Source: Leucoraja erinacea (taxonomy: Eukaryota). Taken from it: a DNA stretch of 64,000 bases. A program made the translations under genes and the position numbers. This document shows positions 38,681 through 50,901 of this stretch, piece after piece. Every line of letters begins with the position of its first letter. Positions within the stretch are counted from its first letter, which is position 1. The stretch lies in the NCBI RefSeq assembly GCF_028641065.1, contig NC_073377.1, forward strand, positions 160,394,001-160,458,000, in the 5' to 3' direction. A model generated the notes under the pieces. That model worked only from the letters and a program-made list of their open reading frames with translations. It had not been told where the DNA came from and made no database searches.

Positions 38681-38794
38681 CTTTCCTGTAACAGCTGACC
38701 ATACTTTCAGTGTGTTGTCGTCAGAGCCACTGACAATTCGGTTCCCGCAGAACTGTAGGCATGTGATTACATGATCATCGTGACCTTTCAGCAC
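38681..38794 (-). CDS. FBXW7: FBXW7 WD40 exon (VLKGHDDHVITCLQFCGNRIVSGSDDNTLKVWSAVTGK), 114 nt
   Basis: cagcag|GTGCTG...GGAAAG|gtacat; WD40 repeat 1. Confidence 0.97.
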
Positions 38795-38942
38795 CTGCTG
38801 AGAAAGAATATTGCAATGTTCAGAGTCAGGTAAAACTGTAATTCATTACAAAAATATGAATCCATCACATTCATTTTTCATGCCCAAAGAGTAATTCTGG
38901 CTACACCAGGCACTGATCTCAATCCAGTTAAAACGTTTCATA

Positions 38943-39240
38943 TCAAGTCAAGTCAAGTCAAGTCTATTCATCACATACACATACGAGATGTGCAGTGAAA
39001 TGAAAAGTGGCAATGCACGCGGACTTTGTGCAAAAAACAAACAAACAACAAACAGAATGGAACAGAATCACATATTACATATTGTGGGAGGAAGGACTGA
39101 GGAAAAAAACAGCAATTAAAAAAAAAAAAAAACCCAGTAGAATGGTACAGTAGAGTTAGTCCCTGGTGAGGTAGGAGTTTACAGTCTGAATGGCCTCTGG
39201 GAAGAAACTCCATCTCTACCTCTCCGTTCTCACAGCATCA
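38943..39240 (-). mobile_element. Rex1/Babar-type LINE 3' end with (CTTGA)n tail
   Basis: TCAAG tandem tail; SFFPEAIQTVN remnant on minus strand. Confidence 0.6.
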
Positions 39241-40412
39241 GAGTGGGTTTGCTGCTCTTTTGTAAACTAGCTGATCAAAATCATGTCCTGTTCAATTTTC
39301 ACCAACCCCCTGTCCTGCCATTAACGTAATCATGAAGGATAAATCACTGCACTGCAATCAGTTTTGGCAATCCTGGCTACATTTCTTTTCTCTCTTGCGC
39401 CATTCCCCCAACACATACTGATAACATTCTGATTTAAGACTCCTATTAAAATCAGCACAAACGAAAAAGACTTGGTTTTCAATCAAATAACAAAGAAGTC
39501 AATGAGTATTCCTGCAATTCCAAAACACCAAAGTCCCAGTATACACAGTAAAATTAAAGCCGAAGGGGTGAGTCATTGAGCAATGTTGTGATACAAGGAG
39601 TGATGGCTTCATCTCTCTCACAGGAGGAGAAAATAATTAGTTTCGGCCATTTGCTTATCCTTGCAGCTGATCATGTTTTATATTACTAAATTACGTTGTC
39701 AGCTAAATATAATGGGACTGCTACATAATGTTGGGAAAGACGTGTAGATCATTTACAGTATACGGCATGCAGCAAAAATTTTATTATGTTGAAATAATTT
39801 CTAACAGCAGGAATGCAACAGAAAATCTCGCCCAAGATATAATCAATAGATAGACGGTAATGTTGCGGAAAATATCACAACCAATGTTTGCTGCTCAGTG
39901 CAGAAGTTGATGAGGCTTGAATACAATATCCCTGTTTCCGACATTTATTTGTTAACTAATCATTCCCAAAGCTAGACCTCTTTCAAGGTGAACAAGACAA
40001 AGTCTGGAGATTCAGGTTACTTATTGAGGAATTGTAAGTATCATTGTAAATGGGGTGCTACGGTCCTGTTCTTATCCCAGTGGAATTTCATTTTACTCTT
40101 TTTTTATCATTAATGTTTTATTATTGTTAATGTTTATTGTTTTCTGAGTCATTCGTAACTGTCACTGTATGTCATGTGGTTACTTGTGGGCAGGACACTA
40201 AGGCAAATTCCTTGTATGTGAATACATGGCCACTAAACTTAAGTTACTTTTAATACCTTTGCTTATGATGATCAAATAATGGAGTTTTGGAATGTTTAAA
40301 TAAATGAATACAAACTGCAGCAGCATTATCTTAATGGAAATTATTCATACAACATTTATTTGTAAGATGTACAGGATTTAATGAAGAGCTTCCACAGAGG
40401 TTAATTAGCAAT

Positions 40413-40686
40413 GCCCCGGGGGCATGAACATCGAATTCTCCCAATTTTGTTAGTCCTTGCTGTCTCCTCCCCTTCCTCAGCCCCCCTGCTGTCTCCTCCC
40501 ATCCCCCAGCCTTCTGGCTACTCCTCCTTTTCCCACCCCCCGCCCCCGATCAGTCTGAAGAAGGGTTTCGGCCCGAAACGTTGCCTATTTCCTTCGCTCC
40601 ATAGATGCTGCTGCACCCGCTGAGTTTCTCCAGCTTTTTTGTGTAACCTTCGATTCTCCAGCATCTGCAGTTCCCTCTTAAACACC
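40413..40686 (+). mobile_element. 5'-truncated Penelope-like element with an intact minimal hammerhead core (40552-40585)
   Basis: PGGMNIEFSQFC* ORF end; CTGAAGAAGGGTTTCGGCCCGAAACGTTGCC; TSD TAGCAAT at 40406-40412 and 40687-40693. Confidence 0.82.
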
Positions 40687-41368
40687 TAGCAATAGATTGG
40701 TCAGTTTATATCATCTCACTTACAAGTAGAAACAGAGCCACAATATATGACTTTGCAACTGGGTGTTGCAGTATAGCTCTTCTTTCTTGCCCTGCTCTGA
40801 AGAAATCTGTCCCCGCACAAAGTGGACGAGGAGGGGTTCCCAATGCAGAGACTGGCTATTGTTTTTTTTGCAATATTTAGAGAATCACTATCAGTGCTAG
40901 CTTTTTGAGTACCAATCAACAAACTTGCAGTTGAATGGTGTTACCATTCATTTTAATTAAAAAAAAACTGTTTCATCTATTTCGCTGTAAAAGAGGCACA
41001 AAGAAAATCCAAAAAATGTCACATTTTTTCTTATTTTATACTGATCTCCAAAACTCCACAACCACCCCTACTCCTAAATAAATATTAGACTGAGCCAGTC
41101 ATTGTTCCTTCCCATAGTCTCACTCAGCCCGAAGCATTCTGCCAGTCAGAAGGCCAGATGCACTGAAAATCTGTGACTGAGCTTGGACTGCTGAATGGAA
41201 GAGAAGACTGCCTGCTGATGTGTGGAAAGAGAAGGCACGTTAAGGGACGGAAGAGGGACTACGAATGAATGATCCAACCCATTTGCTCATGGCTTGGACC
41301 CCACAAAACAGCATAGAATATGAAACAATTCCCCAAACTTCAGCACCTCAATTCTCTTCAGACAGTAC

Positions 41369-41505
41369 CTTTGGGATTTTTAGATCTCCACAGCGCCAGT
41401 TAGTGTCGATTCTGTGTTGTCTGATGTAGGCACTTTTCCAAGGGCTGTGAGCAAAGCCTGGTTTGATCACTTTTCTTCTTTTGATGTATACAGGTTCATT
41501 TATTC
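41369..41505 (-). CDS. FBXW7: FBXW7 linker exon (INEPVYIKRRKVIKPGFAHSPWKSAYIRQHRIDTNWRCGDLKIPK), 137 nt
   Basis: tctag|GAATAAAT...CCCAAAG|gtactg. Confidence 0.96.
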
Positions 41506-41736
41506 CTAGATAAGAAATAATTTACTTTTGTCAACTGATTTGCTAACGACTCTCATAAAAGATAGAAAAATATTAACTTTATAAATAGGTACTAATGATT
41601 TTAGCGCCCATTGATACGATCGCTGTTACATTGTCATTTATCTTCCAGGATTAAGGAGCCCAACCAGAGTAAAAATACCGTTTTGTTCCAAAGCTGCAAA
41701 TGCCAGAATTAAAATATATTTCCATTTTACATTTAC

Positions 41737-41860
41737 CTTCCTCTTTACATTTCTCTCTCCAAAGCAAGTTATCTTCAGCTAATATTCTCCAATAGCGACA
41801 GGTTTGTGCTGCTTGTAGCAAGTCCTTGGGATCCAGGAATGAAAGAACATATAATGCCAG
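41737..41860 (-). CDS. FBXW7: FBXW7 F-box exon (LALYVLSFLDPKDLLQAAQTCRYWRILAEDNLLWREKCKEE), 124 nt
   Basis: ttatag|CTGGCA...GAGGAAG|gtaaat; canonical F-box motif. Confidence 0.97.
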
Positions 41861-41990
41861 CTATAATGCAATTAAGTTGAAAAAAATCTAGTTATTATCT
41901 TTCTCCAATGGTAAAGGTCCTTCATTGAAATTGGTAGTGGAAAAATTAAAGCACAAAGTAAATTCAAAAGCAGTTAAACCGACAGGATAA

Positions 41991-42357
41991 AGGGCCTGTC
42001 CCACCAGCATGCGACTGCATGCGGCAAGCACGACCTAACGTGGTCGCTTGAGCCGTATGGCCTCGCGGGCCCGGTCTCACTTTGATCGCCGGAACCGTAT
42101 GGAATTGTGCGGAGCTGGTCCCGACATTGCGGGGGGCTCCGGAAAACTGACACGGTCCAAAAATTCTGCGCGGCAACGGCCTGCCAGCCCGCAGCCGCAT
42201 TGAGGCCGTACGCATCGCCTTGACGGGCGTGCGCAGCGTCTCGACGCCGTGCACCTTCGCTCGAACTTCCCATCAACTCGTACGGGATCACTCGACCTCC
42301 GCGCGGCCCCCGTATCCGGTTTGGTCGCGCTCACCGCATGCACGTGGGACAGGCCCT
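41991..42357. mobile_element. PIF/Harbinger-type MITE
   Basis: Perfect 14-bp TIR AGGGCCTGTCCCAC; perfect TAA TSD. Confidence 0.85.
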
Positions 42358-42661
42358 TAATGCCTCCCTTACACAGTAGGAATGTGCAAACAAAACAGTA
42401 TTTATTGTCTTTAACACGACACAGAAATGAGATTTAACAATTCCATCTTGACAGTGGTTGTCACTTGTGTAATCATTGGATTTTTAATAGAAATGTTGTA
42501 ATTTCTATACTACATCAACACATTTGAGAAACTGAAAACATTAATACAGTTTTGATTTGTATTACGTATTCAACTTGAAGCATTGCACTGTCAATCGTGC
42601 AATAGCTACCAGTAAGAAAACTAGCCAAAGCTAGAAATGTCGCTTTTTCTGAAAAACGCAC

Positions 42662-42796
42662 CTCTTTTGGTAGGAGTGATATGAAATCTCGTTGAAACTG
42701 AGGTTCTATAACCTGCATCATGTGTTTTACTTGCGTAGGTTCACAGCTGTCAATTAATTCATCTAATGCAAGCAACCTTTCTGGTCCACTCCAACT
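42662..42796 (-). CDS. FBXW7: FBXW7 exon, D-domain to start of F-box (SWSGPERLLALDELIDSCEPTQVKHMMQVIEPQFQRDFISLLPKE), 135 nt
   Basis: ctttag|AGTTGG...AAAGAG|gtgcgt; part of ORF 42515..42775. Confidence 0.97.
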
Positions 42797-42997
42797 CTAA
42801 AGAAATAAAATAACTACATTTAGTGGAAATAAAAAAAATAAAAAATGGTATGACAAAAGTGTAATTTGAATAAGTACGGAAATAATATGGGGTAGTTAAT
42901 TTATTGAATATACAAGTTGATAATGCAGAGGTAGAGACAGATTAATCTTCAATGTTCCTTGTATGTAAATACTTGGCCAATAAACTTACTTACTTAG

Positions 42998-43182
42998 AGT
43001 ACACAAAAATGCTGGAGAAACTCAGCGGGTGCAGCAGCATCTATGGAGCGAAGGAAATAGGCAACGTTTCGTCCCGAAACGTTGCCCATTTCCTTCGCTC
43101 CATAGATGCTGCTGCACCCGCTGAGTTTCCCCAGCATTTTTGTGTACCTTCGATTTTCCAGCATCTGCAGTTCCTTCTTAAA
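42998..43182 (+). mobile_element. Penelope-like fold-back insertion (hairpin centred on the ribozyme position, catalytic core absent)
   Basis: ~73-bp arms around a 3-nt loop (CAACGTTTCG tcc CGAAACGTTG); TSD TACTTACTTAG at 42987-42997 and 43183-43193. Confidence 0.8.
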
Positions 43183-44799
43183 TACTTACTTAGTGGCAAT
43201 AACCAACATTTATTGCATTATTTAAAAAGTGCTTAGATTAAAGTAGACAGATTTCTATTACAAGTACTGTATACCATGCAAATACAACCATTACAATGAC
43301 AGAGCAGCACATCCCTACATTTTCAGATTTCTGATCATAACCTTGCACCTCCCCTCTTCTGCAGTTGTTGTAGCATTTGCTCATAAGTAATAGCGAGTGC
43401 TATGAGCTTCGCCCTTGTTTTGACAGCAATCAATTCAAAAGGGTATTATTTACATTGGTTTAATTGCATTGCATTAATGCGTGGAAACAGGAAATGAAAG
43501 CAATATTTAAAAGCTAAAAATCAAAGTATAAAGTTAAGTGCATATTTACCTTTAATCAATGAGAAGAAAAGCAGCGGCAATAGTTACAGAATGATGAAAG
43601 TGAAAAAAGTGAGGGGCCAGCTAAAGCACAGATAGAAAGAAAAACAAGGAATAGAAACTTGCAATGCAAAGCTTTCTTGATACTTAAAGGTCTATATAAA
43701 TTCCTGATTTGGAATTAAATGTCATCCCAAATTTCCCCCAAGTAGCATTCCACTACTCCTACGACTATGTTCTTAATATATCATGACAAAATAGCATTAT
43801 CCTAAACCATTACTGTGCTTCAATCTCTCTCCATCTACTTAAATTAGGAGTGGTGGGCAAGATGAAAGGATTACTCTAGTGCAACTCTGCAAGTATTATT
43901 ATTTGTCCATTATTATCCTCAAAGATAACGAGAACCCCAAGAGAACAATTTGGGGAAAACTGAGATCAATCCAGCTTAACTGGTTTCTTACACTACCTCA
44001 CATTAAGCACCATACTCTGGTCCACCTCAATATCTATCAATCTTGCACTAAAAAAAAAGCAGTTTCTCAAAGAAAATGGGACATCCAAAGCAATAACTCA
44101 GACATAGCCTGGGGTGGAAGATTGCAACCTTCCCGTGGTCCGCCCTGTTTCGACTAATGCAATCAGCTCGACGTGCACAAACAGAAGATCAAATAGAACA
44201 AGTTGTCCTGCAACTTTAGGCTGTGCACGCCACAGGAAAGAAGAAGACATAGCCTACAAATGGCACTAGAACCCCACACCAATCATTCTTTGACATTATT
44301 CCCAGAGTCTTGTTGGAATGGGAGTTCCTGAATCCAACAACAATGAAAGGCTTAAAATGAGTTTGCATTTCAAAATGGTGTTTACCTAGGAGAGCCTGCT
44401 GCTCCCAGTATTTCCATTTGTTCACCATCCATACGGTTGATACCAGTGTTGAATAATTGTTGTGTATTTTGTAGATAGTACCAACTGCAGCCACCACGAG
44501 TCAGAAGTGGAGGGAGGATATCTTTAAAGAGTTGAATGGAGTGTTAGTAATGTGGTTGCCTTGGCCACAGGGCATCTTGAGAGTTGTGGGAGGTGTATTC
44601 ATTGAGGCATATGAAGGGTATTCCATCACACTTTGAGCCTTGTAGATGTTGGAAAGGTTTTGGAGAGTCAGAATATTCAGCCCCAGATCTGCTCTTCTAG
44701 TTACAGTATTTATATGCCTAGCGCACTTAACATTTGAGTCACTGGTGAACAATGAGGATCTGGCATCAAGAATGCCACTGAGCATCAATGGAGAAATAA

Positions 44800-45830
44800 A
44801 TTCAGACGAGGGAAATTGGGAAAGTTAATAGAGATGTCTTGTGGACAGACTATATTACAGTTGAGGTGGTGCTGGATATTCAAAGAGGTATGGAGATAGA
44901 TAAATCTCCTGGGCCCGATCAGATAAATCCAAGGACACTGTGGGAACCTAGAGAAGAAATTGCATAAGTCCTGGTTGAGATATACAAATCATCATTAGAT
45001 ACAGGCGAGATGCCCGAAGACTGGAAGATGACTAATGATTCACTATTTTAGAAGGGCTGCAAAGAAAAACGTGGCAATTATAGACAAGTAAGTCTAATAT
45101 CTGTAGTAGGAAAGTAACTGGAGGGGATTTTGATGGATAAATATACATGTGCTTCGAAAGACAGAGGTCGATTAGGGATAGTCAGCATGGTTTTGTACGT
45201 GAAAAATCTCACAAATGTGATCACATTTTTTTGAAACAGTAGCTAAGGTTGACAAAAAGCAGGGCCATATACAAAATTGGAGATATGGACTTCAGCAATG
45301 TATTTGATAGATTCTGCATGGAAGGCTAGTTTGCACAGGATCGAGGGAGGGCTAGATAACTGGATACATGGCAGGAAGCAGAGAGCAGCGGAAGTGCGAT
45401 TCAGGGACCATTGCTGTTATTCATCTATATGAACGATTTGGATCAGAATATACAAAGCATGACGAAATATTGTACACGATACCAACATAGGTGGTATCGT
45501 AGATAGTGAAGATGGTTATCAAGAAATTCACCAGCATCTTGATTAACTGCTGAGCAAAAGGCAAATTGATTTTAATTCAGATATGTGCTGGGTGATTCAT
45601 ATTTGGAAGTCAATCCAGGGCAAACCCTTCACAGTTAATGGTAGGGCCCTACAGAGTACTGCAGAGCAGATGGTTCTAGGAGTACAAGCACAACATTCCC
45701 TGACACTAGTGTAACAGGTAGATGGGGTGGTGGAGAAGACATTTGGCATGTTGCCATTTATCAGTCACGGAACTGAATACAAAAGTTGGAACGTCATGTT
45801 ACAGTTGTACAAGATGTTGATGAGGTTATA
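44800..45830 (+). mobile_element. Old degenerate CR1 RT fragment
   Basis: KSPGPDQI, NYRQVSLISVVGK, SQHGF, YMDFS remnants. Confidence 0.75.
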
Positions 45831-45834
45831 TTCA

Positions 45835-47105
45835 TGTCATAAGGAGTAGAATTAGGCCATTCGGCCCTTCAAGTCTACTCCACCATTCAATCACAGCTGA
45901 TCCTAACCCCATTCTCCTGCCTTCTCTCATAACAAATGCATTTTGTTGTCTCATTCTCCTGCCTTCTCTCATAACCTCCGAAACCTGTACTAATGAAAAA
46001 TCTATTTATCTATAGCTTTAAAAATATCCATTGACGGCCTCCACAGACTTCTGTGGCAAAGAATTCCACATATTCACCACCTTCTGACTAAAGACATTCC
46101 TCCTCATCTCCTTCCTAAAATAACATCCTTTAATTTTAAGGCTATGACCTCTAGTCCTAGATTCTCCCACTAGTGAAAACATCCTCTCCACATCCACTCT
46201 ATCCAACCTTTCACTATTCTGTATGTTTCAATGAGACCTTCCTCATTCTTCTAAACTCCAGCGAGTACAGGATCAGTGCCGACACACGCTCATCATAGGT
46301 TAACCTACTCATTCCTGGGATTATTTTTGTAAACCTCCTCTGGACCCTTTCCAGAGCCAGCACATCCTTCCACAGATATGGTGTCCAAAATGGCTCACAA
46401 TACTCCAAATGCGGCCTTACCAGCGCCTTATAGAGCCTCAGCATTACATCCCTGTTTTTGTCAATAGGCAATAGGTGCAGGAGTAGGCCATTTGGCCCTT
46501 CGAGCCAGCACCGCCATTCAATGTGATTATGGCTGATCATCCCCAATCAGTACCCCGTTCCTGCCTTCTCCCCATATCCCCTGCCTCTGCTATTTTTAAG
46601 AGCCCTATCTAGCTCTCTCTGAAAGCATCCAGAGAAGCCTCCACCGCCCTCTGAGACAGAGAATTCCACAGACTCACCACTCTCTGTGAGAAAAAGTGTT
46701 TCCCCGTCTCCGTTCTAAATGGCTTACTCCTTATTCTTAAAGTCCTCTTGAAATAAATGTTAGCATTGAGCTTGCTTTCTTTGCTACCGATTCGAATTGC
46801 AGATTAACTTTTTGGGAATCCTGCATCTCCGATTTCTGGATTCTCTCCCCATTTAAAAAATAGTCTATGCCTTTATCCCTACTACCAAAATGCATGACTC
46901 CACACTTTGCTATACTATATTCCATCTGCCATTTCTCTGCCCATTCTCCTAACATGAAGAGTAGTGGCCCCAGCACCGGCGACTGCAGAAATCCGCTAGT
47001 TACTGGCAGCCACCCAGAAAAAGCCCCCTATATTGCCACTCCTGCTATCCATGCTAGTATCTGCCCTTCGAGACCGTGGGCTCTCATCTTCCTTGGCAGC
47101 CTCAC
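45835..47105 (-). mobile_element. CR1 fragment with a nested second CR1 3' end (~46460-46740)
   Basis: ORFs 46018..46206, 46214..46546, 46737..46976. Confidence 0.8.
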
Positions 47106-47924
47106 ATGTGGCGCCTTATATAAAGGTGTATAAAATCATAAGGGGAATAGATAGGGGGAATCAAGAACTAGAGAGTATAGATTTGTTAAATTTAGAAAAA
47201 TGTAATGGAAACCTGACAGGCAGCTTTTTTCCACACACAGAGAAATGAGTGAAAGAGGAAAGAGGTCTTACGTCCAAAATATTCCACGCAGTGATATCCG
47301 GAGACAAGGACAATTCACAACCAACAAGCACAACCAAATTCCAATGGGCAACTTCCTTCCCCAATTAGTAGAGAGTTTTCTCCTGAATATCCAGTGACCT
47401 TTGTTTTGTTCGCGGTCTTTGATGAAGTATTCAATCAAATGTCACCTGCTGTCATGCTCATCTCACATTTGAAATTCACTCTTTGATTTCTGTTTGGCCC
47501 ATTGGTCTTATGGTGCCCCGAGCCACAACCTAAGTCGAGTATGTCACTGGACTAAAGATTGAAAGGGAACAAACAGGCCAGAAAGTTGTCAGATTGAATT
47601 TGTCTTCTCTTTTGTGGACTGGACATACCTGGGCATGTTTACAACATTATTGCTTCAAAAAACGTTAAAACTATATATACTACACCCAACAAATTCTGAC
47701 CCGTCCAAGCCTTTTTTGCACTAAGTATGACCCAGTCAATATTGGGCAAGTTAAAGATGTCTACAATGCCAAGGTTGTTGCTTTGGCAAATTCTATCATC
47801 TATCTTGTGATTTGCTCCTTTATTTCCCACTAACTTTGGGAAGCCTTTCGTACAATTCCATCAGAGTGATTGCATCTTCCTTATTTTGGAGCTTTCCCCC
47901 CACTGCCTCTGGTGGATTCCGACC

Positions 47925-49210
47925 CAAACCACCCCCTCCTCTGGTACTTCCTCCAGCAACCACAGGAGATGTAATATTTGTCTCTATACCTCCTCCCTCA
48001 CCTCCATTCAGACACCAGAGGTCCTTCCAAGTTAGACAGAGGTCCATGTGTACGGCATCTAATCTCATCTACTGTATCCAGTGCTCCCGATATGCCCTCC
48101 TATACATCAGCGTGACCAAGCGCAGACATAGAAACTTTGGTCTACAAGGGCCTGCTGGATCTCCCTAGCCATTTTAACTCCACTTCCCATTCCCATTCTG
48201 ACTTCTCTGTCCACAGTCTCCCCCAATGCCCGAGTTATGCCACATGCAAACTCAAGGAATTCCTTATATTTTGCTTGGGTAGCTTACGACCCAAATGGTA
48301 TGAACATTGAATTCTTAAATATTAGGTAACTACATAATCCTTCCCCCTCTCCCTTCTTCCCCTCTTCCCCACCTGGACCTGCACCTACCTCACCCCTCCC
48401 GGTCCACCAACATTCCTTCACAATTCCAAACTCTTCAATTCTTTAGTCTGACACCTTCTGTATTTTCATCTGTCTCCTCAGATCCTGGTGAACTTCTACC
48501 GCTGCACCATCGAGAGCATCCTTACCAACTGCATCACAGTATGGTATGGCAACTGCTCTGTCTCCGACCGGAAGGCATTGCAGAGGGTGGTGAAAATTGC
48601 CCAACGCATCACCGGTTCCACGCTCCCCTCCATTGAGTCTGTCCAAAGCAAGCGCTGTCTGCGGAGGGCGCTCAGCATCGCCAAGGACTGCTCTCACCCC
48701 AACCATGGACTGTTTACCCTCCTACCATCCGGGAGGCGCTACAGGTCTCTCCGTTGCCGAACCAGCAGGTCGAGGAACAGCTTCTTCCCTGCAGCTGTCA
48801 CTCTACTAAACAACGTACCTCGGTGACTGCCAATCACCACCCCCCCCCCCGGACACTTATTATTTATTTTTTATTCAAATCGTTTGCTATGTCGCTCTTC
48901 AAGGGAGATGCTAAATGCATTTCGTTGTCTCTGTACTGTACACTGACAATGACAATTAAAATTGAATCTGAATCTCTGGACATTGTCCAACTGTCTGCCT
49001 ATCAAAAAAAAACCTCCTCCTCACCCAAATGAGCCCATTACCTGCCAGGTTTCGTCCCCCCCCCCTTCCCCCCCTCGTTTCCAGCTTTCATCCCCCCCGC
49101 CCCTACAATCAGCTTGAGGAAGGGTCCGGATGTAAAACAGCACCATTCCATGTTCTCCAGAGGCGCCGCCAGACCTGCTGAGTTACTCCAGTACTGTGTG
49201 TCTTCTTTTG
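47925..49210 (+). mobile_element. Degenerate Penelope-like element: GIY-YIG endonuclease, C-terminus and terminal repeat
   Basis: SFQVRQRSMCTASNLIYCIQCSRYALLYISVTKRR (IY...YI GIY-YIG pattern); LGSL..NGMNIEF end at ~48330; terminal repeat at ~49100-49210; interrupted by Rex1. Confidence 0.8.
48469..48975 (+). mobile_element. Rex1/Babar LINE 3' fragment (young)
   Basis: ORF 48488..48826 NFYRCTIESILTNCITVWYG...NSFFPAAVTLLN; (GAATCT)n tail. Confidence 0.88.
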
Positions 49211-50532
49211 CCTCAGTGGATGCCCATTGTAGAACTATCTGAAAATATTACTTTTTACAGTCAAATTGTGAAGGGGTGTTTATTGATGAAAGAGGCATGA
49301 TGATTATGATTGGACCTGGGACTTAAAGAACATGGAACAGTACAGTACAGGAGCAAACTCTTCGGCCCACAATATTTGTGTGGAATATGATGTCAAACTA
49401 AACTAATCCCTTTGCCTGCACATGATATACTGTATCCCTCCATTCCATGCATGCGACTGCCTCATAAATGTCCAAAATTACCAAAACAAATGACCAAAAG
49501 CCTCATAAATGTCATTATTGAAACTGCTTCCACCACCATCCCATGGCAGCCCGTTCCAGGCACCCACCACTCTGTGTAAAAAAAGCTTGCATTGCACATC
49601 CCCTGTAAACTTTCCCCCTCTCTCAAAGCTATGCCAGAGTATTTGACGTTTCCACCCTGGGAATTCTTTAGAGGAATTCTTTCTCTACCCTCTCTTGACC
49701 TCGAAGAACTCCAGAAATGACACCAGGGGTTAAATCATCTAAGCACAACATGTTATTCTACCCGATTGGTAAGAATTCCTTTTAGGGACAGAAAGTAAGT
49801 GTTGTAAAGAAAAACTTTGATCTATCAAATTTATTATTCCATAAGTGAACTTTGGCAGAGCAGACCACATTTTAATCTGCAAACAGCATCCTCAAGTTCA
49901 CTGATTTATCCGCAGCCGTGGATGTCTCGTGATCTGTTAATGCTCAACAGATCATGAAGGTGGGGTGTGGAGAGCAAAAAAATGAAAAGAGAGGGATTGT
50001 CCATGGCATTTGCAGACCTGCCTTCTGACAGCATTGCAAACTCTTCAGTTTTGTTCAATGTACACTTCTTATAGACAGCACAAATTTCAAGTTTTCCATT
50101 GCTATTTCTCCAGCTGTTTTCCTTGCTTTTGATTTTAAACATTACCTTTCCTCAGTTTTAATGTTTCTATATTACCTTGAGCCAAACTAAGTGTCACTTT
50201 ATATACTGCAGGCTCTAGTTTTGAACATCAACTTCATTGATAAACTCTGGAATCTTGCTTCGCAATCATGTGAGTATATCTCAAATAAACCTGTTAATAT
50301 GGCTGTTCATATATTATCATTAAAAACAAATGTCTTCAAATACAATATTGTGAGGGAGATGTATAGATGTGCTCAGTCAAGGCAGGAATACAACAGCATT
50401 TCTTCTCAGAGTCTGAATATTTTTAAGGCAGATGTAGATTCTTTATAGAAATAACATCTGTCCATTCCCTCTACAGATGTTGCCACAGACACAGTTCCTC
50501 CAGCAGTCTTTTTTCGCTCAATAATCCAGCAT

Positions 50533-50901
50533 ACAAACATAGAAAATAGGTGGAGGAGGCCATTCGGCCCTTCGAGCCTGCACCGCCATTCGATATGATC
50601 ATGGCTGATCAGCCAACTCAGTATCCCATCCCTGCCTTCTCTCCATACCCCCTGATCCCTTTAGCCACAAGGGCCACATCTAACTCCCTCTTAAATATAG
50701 CCAATGAACTGGCCTCAACTACCTGTGGCAGAGAATTCCACAGATTCACCACTCTCTGTGTAAAAAATGATTTTGTCATCTCGGCCCTAAAATACTTCCC
50801 TCTTATCCTTAAACTGTGACCCCTAGTTCTGGACTTCCCCAACATCGGGAATAATCTTCCTGCATCTAGCCTGTCCAACCCCTTAAGAATTTTGTAAGTT
50901 T
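50533..50901 (-). mobile_element. CR1 3' fragment
   Basis: ORF 50618..50878. Confidence 0.9.
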
